DNA of 64,000 bases from a virus. Taxonomy: Duplodnaviria > Caudoviricetes. The DNA lies in the IMG/VR virus record IMGVR_UViG_3300025098_005131; one strand, written 5' to 3'. Positions 9,322 to 19,055 of the stretch are shown here, one piece after another. Within the stretch, counting starts at the first letter, position 1. Each line of letters begins with the position of its first letter. The notes below the pieces were generated by a model. It had not been told where the DNA came from and ran no database searches. It saw nothing but the letters and a program-made list of their open reading frames with translations. The position numbers and the translations under genes are program-made.

Positions 9322-9681
9322 CTAAATTATTATGGGTCTTTTCTTTAAATTTTTATCTATAGTTTGATCGTCATGCTCCATTACTTTAATCATGTCTACT
9401 CCTTCTATCTTCTTGAGGGACTTAATCATATCTAAAAAAGGTTTTCTTGTTTCAATAAACGTGGGTATATAAGAAACGTTAAGCTCAATTAGTCTGTGTC
9501 CGTATGAAGAAACGACGTCTGATATTGGTCGTGTTTGCCTGACAGTTACAACTCCCGGAAGAGCTCTCATATCTGTCATGATGTCTAAAACAGTTGGATC
9601 TTCTCTTTCTTCGATTTTTATTCTACATCTTACTAAGGTGTTAACTAAGTCAGTATGTCTTTCTAGTATTAAGTTTTTCAT
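9322..9681 (-). CDS. Hypothetical protein (ACT/ferredoxin-like beta-alpha pattern; possible head-internal protein)
   Basis: 119 aa, AGGAG RBS, MKNLILE start, MRALPGVVTV and LKKIEGVDMI repeats. Confidence 0.6.
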   Translation of the reverse strand: MKNLILERHTDLVNTLVRCRIKIEEREDPTVLDIMTDMRALPGVVTVRQTRPISDVVSSYGHRLIELNVSYIPTFIETRKPFLDMIKSLKKIEGVDMIKVMEHDDQTIDKNLKKRPIII

Positions 9682-9705
9682 ATAATTCTCCTTCTATTAT
9701 AATAA

Positions 9706-10410
9706 CTATTTATTATTGAGAATATAACTTTCTACTGTGACTGGCCAAAGTTCCTGAATAATCTCAAGCATTTTACTAGCCAATGCTTGAATTTCTAGCT
9801 GTGATCCTTCATGAGTTCTAAGCTTAATAAATTTTAAAATATTATTTAGATTAGCAGTCGCATAATATTCTGTATATAGATTTTGAGGAAGAATCATTCT
9901 TGCTTGCTCACGAGCAATACCTTTTTTAATCATATCATAATATAATTTAACAGAATTTTGTACGTGATAATCTACAGCTTCATTACATAGCCTACTTTCA
10001 AGTAAAATCGGATAAGAATCCATTTGTGGATTAATTTGGTTATCTATGTTAGATGCTTGTCTATTAGACTTATGCTGCGTCCTATAAGATTTTGGAATAT
10101 AAAATTCCATGTTTACATCTGTATATCGACGTGATATTTCATTATAAGACCATGTCCTATGTCTATGGTGTTGTGATCTAACAAATAAAGGAACTTTTAT
10201 TCTAAATGTAGCAATGTTATGTTCTAAAGTAGAAGTATGTTGATGATCAATTAAATAATTGATCAGCTTTTTGTCTTTACTATCTAAAGTTTCTTTCTGG
10301 ACTCCAAAAGAAACACGAGCAGAATTAACAACAGTAATATCGTTACCCATATGTTGTACTAGCTCTATTTTTCCAATATTGTCTTTATAAAGATAATGTG
10401 TATTTGTCAT
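9706..10410 (-). CDS. thyX: Flavin-dependent thymidylate synthase ThyX
   Basis: VVNSARVSF, HTSTLEH, RSQHHRHRTWSYNEISRRY (canonical RHRx7S), REQARMILP, FIKLR. Confidence 0.95.
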   Translation of the reverse strand: MTNTHYLYKDNIGKIELVQHMGNDITVVNSARVSFGVQKETLDSKDKKLINYLIDHQHTSTLEHNIATFRIKVPLFVRSQHHRHRTWSYNEISRRYTDVNMEFYIPKSYRTQHKSNRQASNIDNQINPQMDSYPILLESRLCNEAVDYHVQNSVKLYYDMIKKGIAREQARMILPQNLYTEYYATANLNNILKFIKLRTHEGSQLEIQALASKMLEIIQELWPVTVESYILNNK

Positions 10411-10436
10411 ATAAAACCTTTTATTTAATAATATTG

Positions 10437-10465
10437 ATTATATTAAATTAAAACATAATTTACAC
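10437..10465 (-). promoter_or_regulatory. Sigma70-like promoter GTGTAA-N17-TATAAT (thyX)
   Basis: Perfect -10 box. Confidence 0.7.
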
Positions 10466-10487
10466 AAATATTAAAAATAAATTAAAA

Positions 10488-11282
10488 CTAAACTATATCT
10501 TTATCAATACCGTAATAAAGTTTTTCTGCCCAAGGAATAACATCCCATTTTTTTGCTGAAATATTATGGTGGCCTACTACACTATATTTCGAAGCTTCGG
10601 CAACCGGCATTACATCTAAGCTTTCACATACAGGCTTGTCTTCTAGACCTGTTGCCTCTCTTAAAGATTGTAAAAACTGTCGACAAACATCTGCAAAGTC
10701 ATCACCAATCATTACGAGCTTTCGACCTTTAACTCTGCGATCAGGTATTTTACAAACTTGAAGTGATGCATCTGGGTACCAGTCTTTAGTTTTTTCCCAA
10801 TACTTGTCGTCTGGATGCATGCAAATATCAATACCGATAGAATGCTTATTAAACTTGCCGGCATGATATGCCACAAGCCCTGTGTCTAGACATTGTAGTA
10901 TTTCATATTCATTAGTTTTATGATTTCTGCCAATTAAAAAATGTGAAGATACGTGTCTTCCTCTCGCAAGATTAAATACATTATAACAATGTCTAGAGTT
11001 TAAGCCTCCCCAGTGAACGCATATTGTTGAAGGATCTGCTTTTCTTTTATACCAATTTTTTGTGCCGTCATCTAGCTCATAAAGTGATGCTGACCAGTCG
11101 ACCTCTAATGGCGAATCAATAGGAACAACTTTTCCCATGTGCATCATAATAGGCATTCCGTAATAATTCCTTACAGCTTTATGTGTATTTGGTCCATACA
11201 CTCCGTCTGCCTTGACTCCGACTTCTTGTTGAAGTGAAATTACGTAGTCCTTATTTTTATTTAAAGTTTTAAATTGTTCCAT
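10488..11282 (-). CDS. Endolysin: peptidoglycan-binding domain plus N-acetylmuramoyl-L-alanine amidase (Amidase_2)
   Basis: LQQEVGVKADGVYGPNT binding motif; ICVHWGG, SSHFLIG, AYHAGKFNKHSIGIDI, VGHHNISAKKWD. Confidence 0.88.
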   Translation of the reverse strand: MEQFKTLNKNKDYVISLQQEVGVKADGVYGPNTHKAVRNYYGMPIMMHMGKVVPIDSPLEVDWSASLYELDDGTKNWYKRKADPSTICVHWGGLNSRHCYNVFNLARGRHVSSHFLIGRNHKTNEYEILQCLDTGLVAYHAGKFNKHSIGIDICMHPDDKYWEKTKDWYPDASLQVCKIPDRRVKGRKLVMIGDDFADVCRQFLQSLREATGLEDKPVCESLDVMPVAEASKYSVVGHHNISAKKWDVIPWAEKLYYGIDKDIV

Positions 11283-11293
11283 AATGTTGTTCC

Positions 11294-11899
11294 TTAGTCT
11301 AATTCAATAGCAACAGTGACCTTTCCTTTTAACGAAGGAACTCTTAACTGTTGCACTATATTATGTTCTTTTGCTTCTTCGGCTTCTAAAAACCAATCGG
11401 CATGACCTTTGTCATGTATAAGATCTAAAAAGTAATTATCAGCTTTGCCGCAATTTCTTGCCATCATTGTATATAACTTTTTATTAAGTCTTTCAGCTTC
11501 TCTTGCATCAGCTTTTAATTCTTCAACTTTACCAAATGCCATCGTAGAAACATCATGTATCATTAAGACAGCATCTTTGTCCATAAATCGTAGGCCTTCT
11601 TCTCCAAAAGAAGCAAATAAAGCGCCGCATGACATTGCCTTACCTTTAATTATCGTGGCAATTGGTATTTTTGATGATTTTAATGTTGCTATCATTGATA
11701 ATAACGAATAAGCTTCACCACCGTAAGAGTCAATAACTACAGGAACTACTCTTTGGCCAGTATTTTGAGCAGCACTTATTAGTGACGCAAATTCATTTGC
11801 AGACTCTTCGTCAAACTTATTAACGGTAATAACTACTGGATCACTTCTAAGCTCAATCTCTTTAATTAAGGGCGACACATCTGCAATAAAATTAATCAT
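11294..11899 (-). CDS. clpP: ClpP-family protease
   Basis: IDSYGGE, KAMSCGA (catalytic Ser), LMIHD (catalytic His), DWFLEAEEAKE. Confidence 0.9.
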   Translation of the reverse strand: MINFIADVSPLIKEIELRSDPVVITVNKFDEESANEFASLISAAQNTGQRVVPVVIDSYGGEAYSLLSMIATLKSSKIPIATIIKGKAMSCGALFASFGEEGLRFMDKDAVLMIHDVSTMAFGKVEELKADAREAERLNKKLYTMMARNCGKADNYFLDLIHDKGHADWFLEAEEAKEHNIVQQLRVPSLKGKVTVAIELD

Positions 11900-11947
11900 A
11901 AATAACCTTTCTTTTGTTTTTTAATATAATATTAAAAATAATTTAAT

Positions 11948-12190
11948 TTACATCTTTTGAAGATTTTCAATTGTTGTTGAGCCAATTTTTCTTGATACTT
12001 CAACACCGTCTTTTAAAACTACAAATGTAGGAACTGACATAATCTGATGGCTTGTTGCTAAATCCATGTCTTTTGTTATATCAATTAATTTTATATTTAT
12101 TTCATCTCTAATTTTTTCGTTAAGAGATTCTTTTATTTGTTTACAAGGCTCACACCACGGTGCACTAAAAAATAATATTTCTTTACTCAT
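11948..12190 (-). CDS. trxA: Thioredoxin
   Basis: FSAPWCEPCK, IMSVPTFVV. Confidence 0.92.
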   Translation of the reverse strand: MSKEILFFSAPWCEPCKQIKESLNEKIRDEINIKLIDITKDMDLATSHQIMSVPTFVVLKDGVEVSRKIGSTTIENLQKM

Positions 12191-12202
12191 AATTTTCTTC
12201 CT

Positions 12203-13168
12203 TTAACTCACTAATTCCCAGCCCCAGCTATCTCCGCTCATACCGTCAGCATTATAATCAGTAACAGTTCCTTCAAAAAAGTTTTTAAAGCTATCACCAT
12301 TAATGATCCAGTCAAGCCAATCTAAGGGGTTGTTTTTTACCTTAAAATTAGGTTTTAAACCTAACTGTATTAGTCGTCTGTCTGCAAGGTATCTAATATA
12401 TAATTTTACTTCTTCTTTGTCTAATCCTACAATATGTCCCATTTCGTATGCCAAGTCTATGACTTTATCTTCAAGCTTAACAGCTTCTCTATACATTTTG
12501 TAAATTGACTTTTTAAAAGCATCGTTTACAATTCTTGGATGCTCTTTGACATATTCTCTAAACAATTGCGTCATACCTTGAACGTGCATTGTTTCATCTC
12601 GAATACTCCATTCGACGATTTCACACATCCCCTTCATTTTACCAAAACGTTGATAGTTTAGCAGCATAACAAATGCTGAAAATAGACTCATGCCTTCATT
12701 ACAAGCAGACTGTGCAATTGCAATACCTAATCCTTTTTTAGTGCTTACATCGTTTTGTTGCATAAATTCAATTTTAGCACTCATTTCTTCATATTCTAAA
12801 AAAGCACTGTATTCTTCTTCTGGTAAACCAAGAGTATCGTTAAGAAGAGCATAACTACGTTGATGCGTGCCTTCACGATTTGCAAAGCTTAATAGCATAC
12901 TCCTGATTTCATTATTTTTAAATTTAGGAATAAACAGATCACAATAGTTACCACCTACTTGTACGTCACTTTGTGTAAACAGACGAAGTATTTGTGTAAT
13001 GTGATTTTTTTCTTCTGCAGAAATCTTTCCACCTTTCCATTGATTCACGTCCTCGGCAAGCTTTGCTTCCCAACTACCCCAGTGAATTTTTTCGTGACTT
13101 TCTGCGATTTCCATTGCCCATGCATATTTAAAGGGCTTATATGTTGTATTATATTTAAGTAATGACAT
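12203..13168 (-). CDS. nrdB: Ribonucleotide reductase class Ia beta subunit
   Basis: FTQSD, NREGTH, CNEGMSLF, RDETMH, NFFEG. Confidence 0.95.
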   Translation of the reverse strand: MSLLKYNTTYKPFKYAWAMEIAESHEKIHWGSWEAKLAEDVNQWKGGKISAEEKNHITQILRLFTQSDVQVGGNYCDLFIPKFKNNEIRSMLLSFANREGTHQRSYALLNDTLGLPEEEYSAFLEYEEMSAKIEFMQQNDVSTKKGLGIAIAQSACNEGMSLFSAFVMLLNYQRFGKMKGMCEIVEWSIRDETMHVQGMTQLFREYVKEHPRIVNDAFKKSIYKMYREAVKLEDKVIDLAYEMGHIVGLDKEEVKLYIRYLADRRLIQLGLKPNFKVKNNPLDWLDWIINGDSFKNFFEGTVTDYNADGMSGDSWGWELVS

Positions 13169-13202
13169 CGTTCAACCTTTGTTTAATCCTTGTATAATAT
13201 AA

Positions 13203-14990
13203 TTATCCTTGACAGCTTAAACATTCATCAGGATCTGCAAAGTCTTGTAGTTTATCTTGTTCTACTTTTTGACTTACTTTTTCTGCTGAAGCACCTGCAT
13301 TTGTTCTAAGATAATATAATCCTTTTAATTTCTTTTTCCATGCTCTAATATGTACAGCATTAACAACTGACTTATCTGTTCCTGCTGGAAAGAACAAGTT
13401 AACACTTTGACCTTGACAAATAAACTCTTGTCTATCACCTGCATGATCAACGATCCATCGTTGATCTAATTCAAATGCTGTTTTAAATACTTGTTTATGC
13501 CAATCTGACATGTATTCTAAATGTTGCACAGAGCCTTCTGAAAGTATTATAGACTTCCATTGCTGTTTTAACCATATTTCTGTGTCTTTAACCTCTAAAT
13601 CTTTAGAGTATTGATTTAAAACTTTTTCTAAATGAGGATTCTTAACAAGATAAGATCCTACTCTAGTACGATGAGTATATGCATTTGACTTCCACGGTTC
13701 TATTGAAGGAGATGTTCCTGCAATAATTGAAGAATTTGCATTAGGAGCAATTGCTAGCAAGTGAGCATTTCTAACTCCATGGCCAATTCCGTCAGGACAC
13801 TCACCTTTTAATCTAGCCAACTCTATTGTTTTCTGTTTTGCTTTTTCTTTAATATCCATAAATATCTTTTTATTTGCTACAATAGCAATACTGGATTCAA
13901 ACGGTATATTTTTTTTCTGGAGGTATGCGTGAAAACCCATTGCGCCTAAACCAAGGCTTCGTTCAGCGATTGCCGATCTAATTGCTCGCTCTAAAGACTT
14001 AGGCGCATTCTTAATAAAGTAAGTAATTACGTTGTCAAGATATTCAATTAAATCTTCTACTATTGTAGAGTCTTTCCACTCATCATACTTTTCAATATTA
14101 AGAGAGCTTAAACAGCAAACTGCACTGCGGTCTGGTGATGTTGCCAAGTGGATTTCATTGCAAAGATTACTACCATGAATTTTAAGACCTAAGTCTTTTT
14201 GAAACTTTGGCAAGTGTTTATTTGCTTCATCAATAAAGTTAATATAAGGTTCGCCAGTTCTAAATCTTACTTGTAATATTCTTTGCCAAAGCTGCCTAGC
14301 ATCAACTGTGTCTCTAACTGTATTTTCATTCGGGTCTTTTAGGTTCCACGTCTCACCATTAACCACAGATTCCATAAACTCATTTGTTACATTTACAGCA
14401 TTGTTTAAGTTAAAACATTTTCGATTAATGTCACCGCCAGTTGGAACTCTAATGTTAAGGAACTCTACAATATCAGGATGGGAAACATTCATGTAAGCTG
14501 CATATGAGCCTTTTCTAGTCTTACCTTGACGATAAGCTGTCATGTCGCTGTCAACAGTCTTTAAAAAAGGCATAGGTCCTGGAGAAATAGAGCTATTGGA
14601 TCTAACGTCACTCCAGTGACCGCCAACTCCACCGCCTTTAACAGACATCCACCTTAGCTCGTCTGAATGTGATATTAATCCTTCAAGTGAATCGTCAACG
14701 TAAGTTAAGAAACATGATATTGGCAATCCTCGAGTTGTCTCATTAGGTCTTGGCGCATTTGACAAGATTGGCGAGCTAAACATAAACCAACCTTTAGACG
14801 CGTAGTCGTATATTCGCTGGGATAAATCTAAACAATTACCAGAAAATGCTACAGCGGCTCTTGCAAAGCTTTCTTGAGGTGACTTCTCATATTCGTTCAT
14901 ATAGTAGTCACGTAACAAGTTTTTTGAAAATTCTGTGAGTGAGTCGTCTCTATCTAAATCTATAGTAATACCATAGCATTCTTTTTTCAT
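13203..14990 (-). CDS. nrdA: Ribonucleotide reductase class Ia alpha subunit (no ATP cone)
   Basis: PISCF, GGGVG, GSNLCNEI, AIAPNANSS, LYYLR, C-terminal CLSCQG. Confidence 0.96.
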   Translation of the reverse strand: MKKECYGITIDLDRDDSLTEFSKNLLRDYYMNEYEKSPQESFARAAVAFSGNCLDLSQRIYDYASKGWFMFSSPILSNAPRPNETTRGLPISCFLTYVDDSLEGLISHSDELRWMSVKGGGVGGHWSDVRSNSSISPGPMPFLKTVDSDMTAYRQGKTRKGSYAAYMNVSHPDIVEFLNIRVPTGGDINRKCFNLNNAVNVTNEFMESVVNGETWNLKDPNENTVRDTVDARQLWQRILQVRFRTGEPYINFIDEANKHLPKFQKDLGLKIHGSNLCNEIHLATSPDRSAVCCLSSLNIEKYDEWKDSTIVEDLIEYLDNVITYFIKNAPKSLERAIRSAIAERSLGLGAMGFHAYLQKKNIPFESSIAIVANKKIFMDIKEKAKQKTIELARLKGECPDGIGHGVRNAHLLAIAPNANSSIIAGTSPSIEPWKSNAYTHRTRVGSYLVKNPHLEKVLNQYSKDLEVKDTEIWLKQQWKSIILSEGSVQHLEYMSDWHKQVFKTAFELDQRWIVDHAGDRQEFICQGQSVNLFFPAGTDKSVVNAVHIRAWKKKLKGLYYLRTNAGASAEKVSQKVEQDKLQDFADPDECLSCQG

Positions 14991-15004
14991 ATATATTCCT
15001 TTAT

Positions 15005-15490
15005 TTAATCTGAACTACCAATCTTCCCATGATTTCTCTGAGAAGATGTTGTAATGTTTAAATATTCTTCTTTGTCTACAATAGAGAATTGATTGTCACA
15101 TTTAACAACAACAATTTGAACGGGTAATTTTACGTTTGAGTCTAATATAAATTCTTCTGAACCTACGTTAACTAAATTAACAAAAACTTCACCTGTATAC
15201 CCATAGTCAATAACACCTGCTCTTACTTTAAGTGGTGTCTTTGTAATCGATCCTCTTTCTTGAATTAGCGCAACATAACCTTTAGGCACTTGCATTTTTA
15301 AACCGGTTGGAATTAATGTTTTATTGTTTTTAGGTAAGACTGATTGTGGGCAAATTGTTACTTTATTACCTGCATTGTATAGATCGAGACCAGCGCTTTC
15401 TCCATTATATGCAGGAGAGTAATCTTCTACAGCTATTTTATTTGTCCCTAAAGTAAACTTTAAACTTTCCATTAAAAAAATATTAACCAT
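15005..15490 (-). CDS. dut: Trimeric dUTPase (start may be ATG 15472)
   Basis: AGLDL, IPTGL, AGVIDYGYTGE, RNHGKIGSS. Confidence 0.93.
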   Translation of the reverse strand: MVNIFLMESLKFTLGTNKIAVEDYSPAYNGESAGLDLYNAGNKVTICPQSVLPKNNKTLIPTGLKMQVPKGYVALIQERGSITKTPLKVRAGVIDYGYTGEVFVNLVNVGSEEFILDSNVKLPVQIVVVKCDNQFSIVDKEEYLNITTSSQRNHGKIGSSD

Positions 15491-16859
15491 CTTTTTGATT
15501 TACCTCTTTCCACTTTTCTCTTAATTTTTCTTTCATTGTGTTATTGTCTTGAGCGACTGCTTCATTCAATGACATTTCAGTATCATCAAGAATTTCAAAT
15601 TTTGATTTAGCTGTGTCTATGTTTATTGGAAATAACAATCCATCTCTTCCAGCACGATTCTTAGCTACAAATATTCGACCTCCGCCTGTAGACTTTTCCA
15701 TTGGCTTACGACTTATCGATAAAACTACGTCTGCAACTTGTGCCTTGCCATAAGACTCACCTAGATTTTCTAAGCCTACAACGTCAGACTTTGAAGAATC
15801 TTTGTTCGCTTGTGAAGCAGTCCAAATAGGTATTTGCAATTCCACAGCAAGATTTCTTAATTCTGTATAAATTAACTTTAACTCGTGCCTTAAAGAATCG
15901 TATGCTTTAGAAGACTTCATTACGTCAGCATAGTCAACAGTCACCAAACTAGGTTTAAAACCTTTCAGTGTAAGCTTTTCAATATGATTTCTTAATGTCA
16001 TAACTGAAGCTGAACCTGTTGGGTACTCTTTTATAATAAGCTTTCCTAGCTCCATTTTTTTGTATTTGTTAACTACTTCAAGTTTTCTTTCAATAATCTC
16101 GTTACTTGGTATATCACAAAGATTTGAATCATACCGCTTGCCTGTGTCATGTTCTGATAGTTCGAATGTATAGTGTATTACATTTTTGCCAGCTCTCATA
16201 GCTGCACAGCCCATTGCAACTAAGAAGTGTGATTTACCTACGCCTGTGTTTGCTGCAATGACGCCTAGTTCACCTCTGCCTAAACCGCCTCTTAATATGT
16301 CTTGCGAGTCAATCTTGTCTAAACCAGTCGGACAAACTTGCCTGTTTATTTGAACAAATCTTGCTTCAATGTCATCAAAGAAATTATGACCTGCTGTGTT
16401 AGGCATACCAACAGAAATAGCTTCTTTCATAATTTTTAAGACTGATTCATACTTTTCTGTTTGAATTAGTTCAACACTTTGTTCTAATGCATCTCTAAAT
16501 GCTTGACGTTTGCAGAATTCAAGAGACTTATCTTTAACATATTGCAAATCGCCAATATCTGGGTTAGTTTTCATTCTATGAAGATATTCTATAATCTGAT
16601 CTCTCAATACATGATCTTTTGATTTTGATAAATCTTCTTTAATGATTGTGATAAGAATTGTTAGCGTTGGAAATGTCTTGTATTTATTATAATAAGAATA
16701 GTATCTTTCGCAAAGAAAAGAAAGATACTTTAAATCAAAATAGTCGTGACTCATTACCTCAATCATTTGAGCTGACCAGTTTATATCTGTAAGCATGCTT
16801 TGGAAGACTTTTTCCTGAAATGGCTTGCCAAACTTAGAAAAGTTTTTGTTTTGACTCAT
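15483..16859 (-). CDS. dnaB: Replicative DNA helicase (DnaB / T4 gp41-like)
   Basis: Walker A AANTGVGKS, HYTFELS, VDYAD, IWTASQAN, KNRAG. Confidence 0.93.
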   Translation of the reverse strand: MSQNKNFSKFGKPFQEKVFQSMLTDINWSAQMIEVMSHDYFDLKYLSFLCERYYSYYNKYKTFPTLTILITIIKEDLSKSKDHVLRDQIIEYLHRMKTNPDIGDLQYVKDKSLEFCKRQAFRDALEQSVELIQTEKYESVLKIMKEAISVGMPNTAGHNFFDDIEARFVQINRQVCPTGLDKIDSQDILRGGLGRGELGVIAANTGVGKSHFLVAMGCAAMRAGKNVIHYTFELSEHDTGKRYDSNLCDIPSNEIIERKLEVVNKYKKMELGKLIIKEYPTGSASVMTLRNHIEKLTLKGFKPSLVTVDYADVMKSSKAYDSLRHELKLIYTELRNLAVELQIPIWTASQANKDSSKSDVVGLENLGESYGKAQVADVVLSISRKPMEKSTGGGRIFVAKNRAGRDGLLFPINIDTAKSKFEILDDTEMSLNEAVAQDNNTMKEKLREKWKEVNQKDG

Positions 16860-17827
16860 TGAATTTTGTTCCTTAGAGATGATTTAAGTGCAATTAGAAA
16901 TGTGTGAATATTAAAAAAGTTTAAGCCTTCACGATTCATAATTTTAAGAAGATTCATTTTGTTAATGCTTGACTCTTTATTGTCATATTGATGATTGATT
17001 TTTTTAACTTGATCAGCGCTTAACATAGCAGAGTCTAAATACATTAATTTCCAGTTTTTATGTAATAGTAATTTGTTATTTATTATATTCTCATAAAGCT
17101 TTATTTTACACTTTAAGTTAACTTTTTTACTTGATTCATTAATTATATCACTTATTGACATTTCTTTTTGCTGTGTTAATTCTGGAAATCGTTTGACCAT
17201 GGTTTTTATACCAGCACCTTTTATACCTTTAATACCGTCGCTAGTGTCACCTGCAAAGCATCTTACTAAACAAAAATTATATGCTGGTACGCTCCACTTG
17301 TCTAATACATATTTTTTATCAATCAGTATTTTCTTGTTAGGCGACCAAATTTTTGTATTTTCATCTAAAAGTTGATAGTAGTCTTTGTCAGAGGTAACAA
17401 TTATTTTTTCATGATCAACATTTTTAGTCTTAGTTAGATATGAAATAACATCATCAGCTTCGCAATCACTAACATAGATTTGTGTTACTGGAGTTTCGTA
17501 TAATATTTCAATAAGTATTTTAAGTTGATTGTTTCTGTTCTCAGAAGTATCAGGTATATCGCTATAATAAGAACTTCTATTAAGTCTGACTGGTCGCCTG
17601 CCATTTTTATAGTCAGGATCAATACTTCTTCGTCTTAAAGAACCTCCACCTTCCCACGCAACTACGATTTTTTGAGGATTAAACTTGGCTGATAAATGCT
17701 CTATGTTACGCAAAAACCCAACAATGGCTCCACATAAATTACCGTTAAGAGACTTTGTTGGGTTTGCTGCAAAGTGTCGCATAAAAACATTCAAGCCGTC
17801 AATATAGATAACAGGCTTGTTGCTCAT
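16856..17827 (-). CDS. 5'-3' exonuclease / T4 RNase H-like flap nuclease
   Basis: IDGLNVF, YKNGR, EADDVI, TSDKDYYQL, GDTSDGIKGIKGAGIKT. Confidence 0.92.
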   Translation of the reverse strand: MSNKPVIYIDGLNVFMRHFAANPTKSLNGNLCGAIVGFLRNIEHLSAKFNPQKIVVAWEGGGSLRRRSIDPDYKNGRRPVRLNRSSYYSDIPDTSENRNNQLKILIEILYETPVTQIYVSDCEADDVISYLTKTKNVDHEKIIVTSDKDYYQLLDENTKIWSPNKKILIDKKYVLDKWSVPAYNFCLVRCFAGDTSDGIKGIKGAGIKTMVKRFPELTQQKEMSISDIINESSKKVNLKCKIKLYENIINNKLLLHKNWKLMYLDSAMLSADQVKKINHQYDNKESSINKMNLLKIMNREGLNFFNIHTFLIALKSSLRNKIQ

Positions 17828-17834
17828 TATACTC

Positions 17835-19034
17835 CTATTTTAACATTTCAAAAGCTTCAGAGTGTTCTTCCATAATATGATCATGAACAGCTTTAATGTC
17901 TGTATAGCTTTCTGTGTCAATCTCAGGATCTTCAGTCTCATTTTTACGAATCATAGCTTTTTCAAGAATCATATCAACATATTGACCAAATTCAGGATGA
18001 GAAATAATTTGATCAAAGTCTGCCTTGTAGAATTTCTTATCTACAATAACTTCACCTGTATCTAAAGTAGAAACTATTAAGTTTTTCCATGCACCATTAC
18101 CAGATATTTCAATATGATAGTTATCGATTTCTTCTGGTCCATGCTTTCTTAACAAATCAAACATCTGTTCATGCTCTTTAATACCTTTGCCAAAATGTAT
18201 CTCAAAGTTACATGTTCTAAAAGGAGCTGATACTTTGTTTTTGATTATCTTTGCAGAGACATTAATACCAATCGGCTCTTTTTCTTTGTTTACGATTTGA
18301 GAACCAGCCCCAAGTTTAATCCTAACAGAGCTGTGAAAAGGTATTGCCATACCACCTGGCGTAGTTGTAGGGTCACCGTACATTACACCAACTTTTGTTC
18401 TGATTTGATTTAAACAAACCATTAGAACTTTTTCATTAGCAATAACGCCTGTAATCTTTCGCATACCTTTTGATATCGCGCGGGCTTGAAGCCCTATACT
18501 CTCCTTATCATAGTCACCTACTAGCTCTGCTTTAGGACTAGTTGCTGCAACGGAGTCCCATATAATAGTAACTGGGACATCCTTGTCCATTGCTTTAGCT
18601 TTGATAATAGTAGACTCTGCGATAGAAAGCACTTCTTCTGTGCAGTGTGTGTCTACGTAGACAAATCTTTTTGATATGTCAACCCCTAGTATTCTAAGAT
18701 TCTCTACAGAAGTAGCGTTTTCTGTGTCAATATAAACAACTATTCCACCCATTTTTTGTGTAGATCTAGCTATTTGAGTTGCAATGTGTGACTTACCAAT
18801 AGAAGGAGGACCAAATATTTCTACAATTCTACCTTCTGGCAAGCCCCCACTTTTTTGGTTTGAAATGATATAGTCTAATTGTTTAGAACCTGTACTTATC
18901 CATCTTTTAACATGAGTAGGGGACTCATCTGTGCTTAGATTGTAAGCTACTCTAGCGCCTCTTTCTTTATTTAAAGACTTAATTAAGTCAGAAGTAAAGT
19001 CGTCTAACTCTTCTTTTTTTTTAGATTTAGCCAT
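17835..19034 (-). CDS. recA: RecA/UvsX recombinase
   Basis: WISTGS, GLPEGRIVEIFGPPSIGKS, YIDTE, IWDSVAA, NQIR, TPGG, KNKV. Confidence 0.95.
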   Translation of the reverse strand: MAKSKKKEELDDFTSDLIKSLNKERGARVAYNLSTDESPTHVKRWISTGSKQLDYIISNQKSGGLPEGRIVEIFGPPSIGKSHIATQIARSTQKMGGIVVYIDTENATSVENLRILGVDISKRFVYVDTHCTEEVLSIAESTIIKAKAMDKDVPVTIIWDSVAATSPKAELVGDYDKESIGLQARAISKGMRKITGVIANEKVLMVCLNQIRTKVGVMYGDPTTTPGGMAIPFHSSVRIKLGAGSQIVNKEKEPIGINVSAKIIKNKVSAPFRTCNFEIHFGKGIKEHEQMFDLLRKHGPEEIDNYHIEISGNGAWKNLIVSTLDTGEVIVDKKFYKADFDQIISHPEFGQYVDMILEKAMIRKNETEDPEIDTESYTDIKAVHDHIMEEHSEAFEMLK

Positions 19035-19055
19035 TATGATCGTTAACTTTCTTTG

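Noticed and set aside
13203-14990. RNR alpha lacking the ATP cone
   Set aside because: Common in phage RNRs; not novel.
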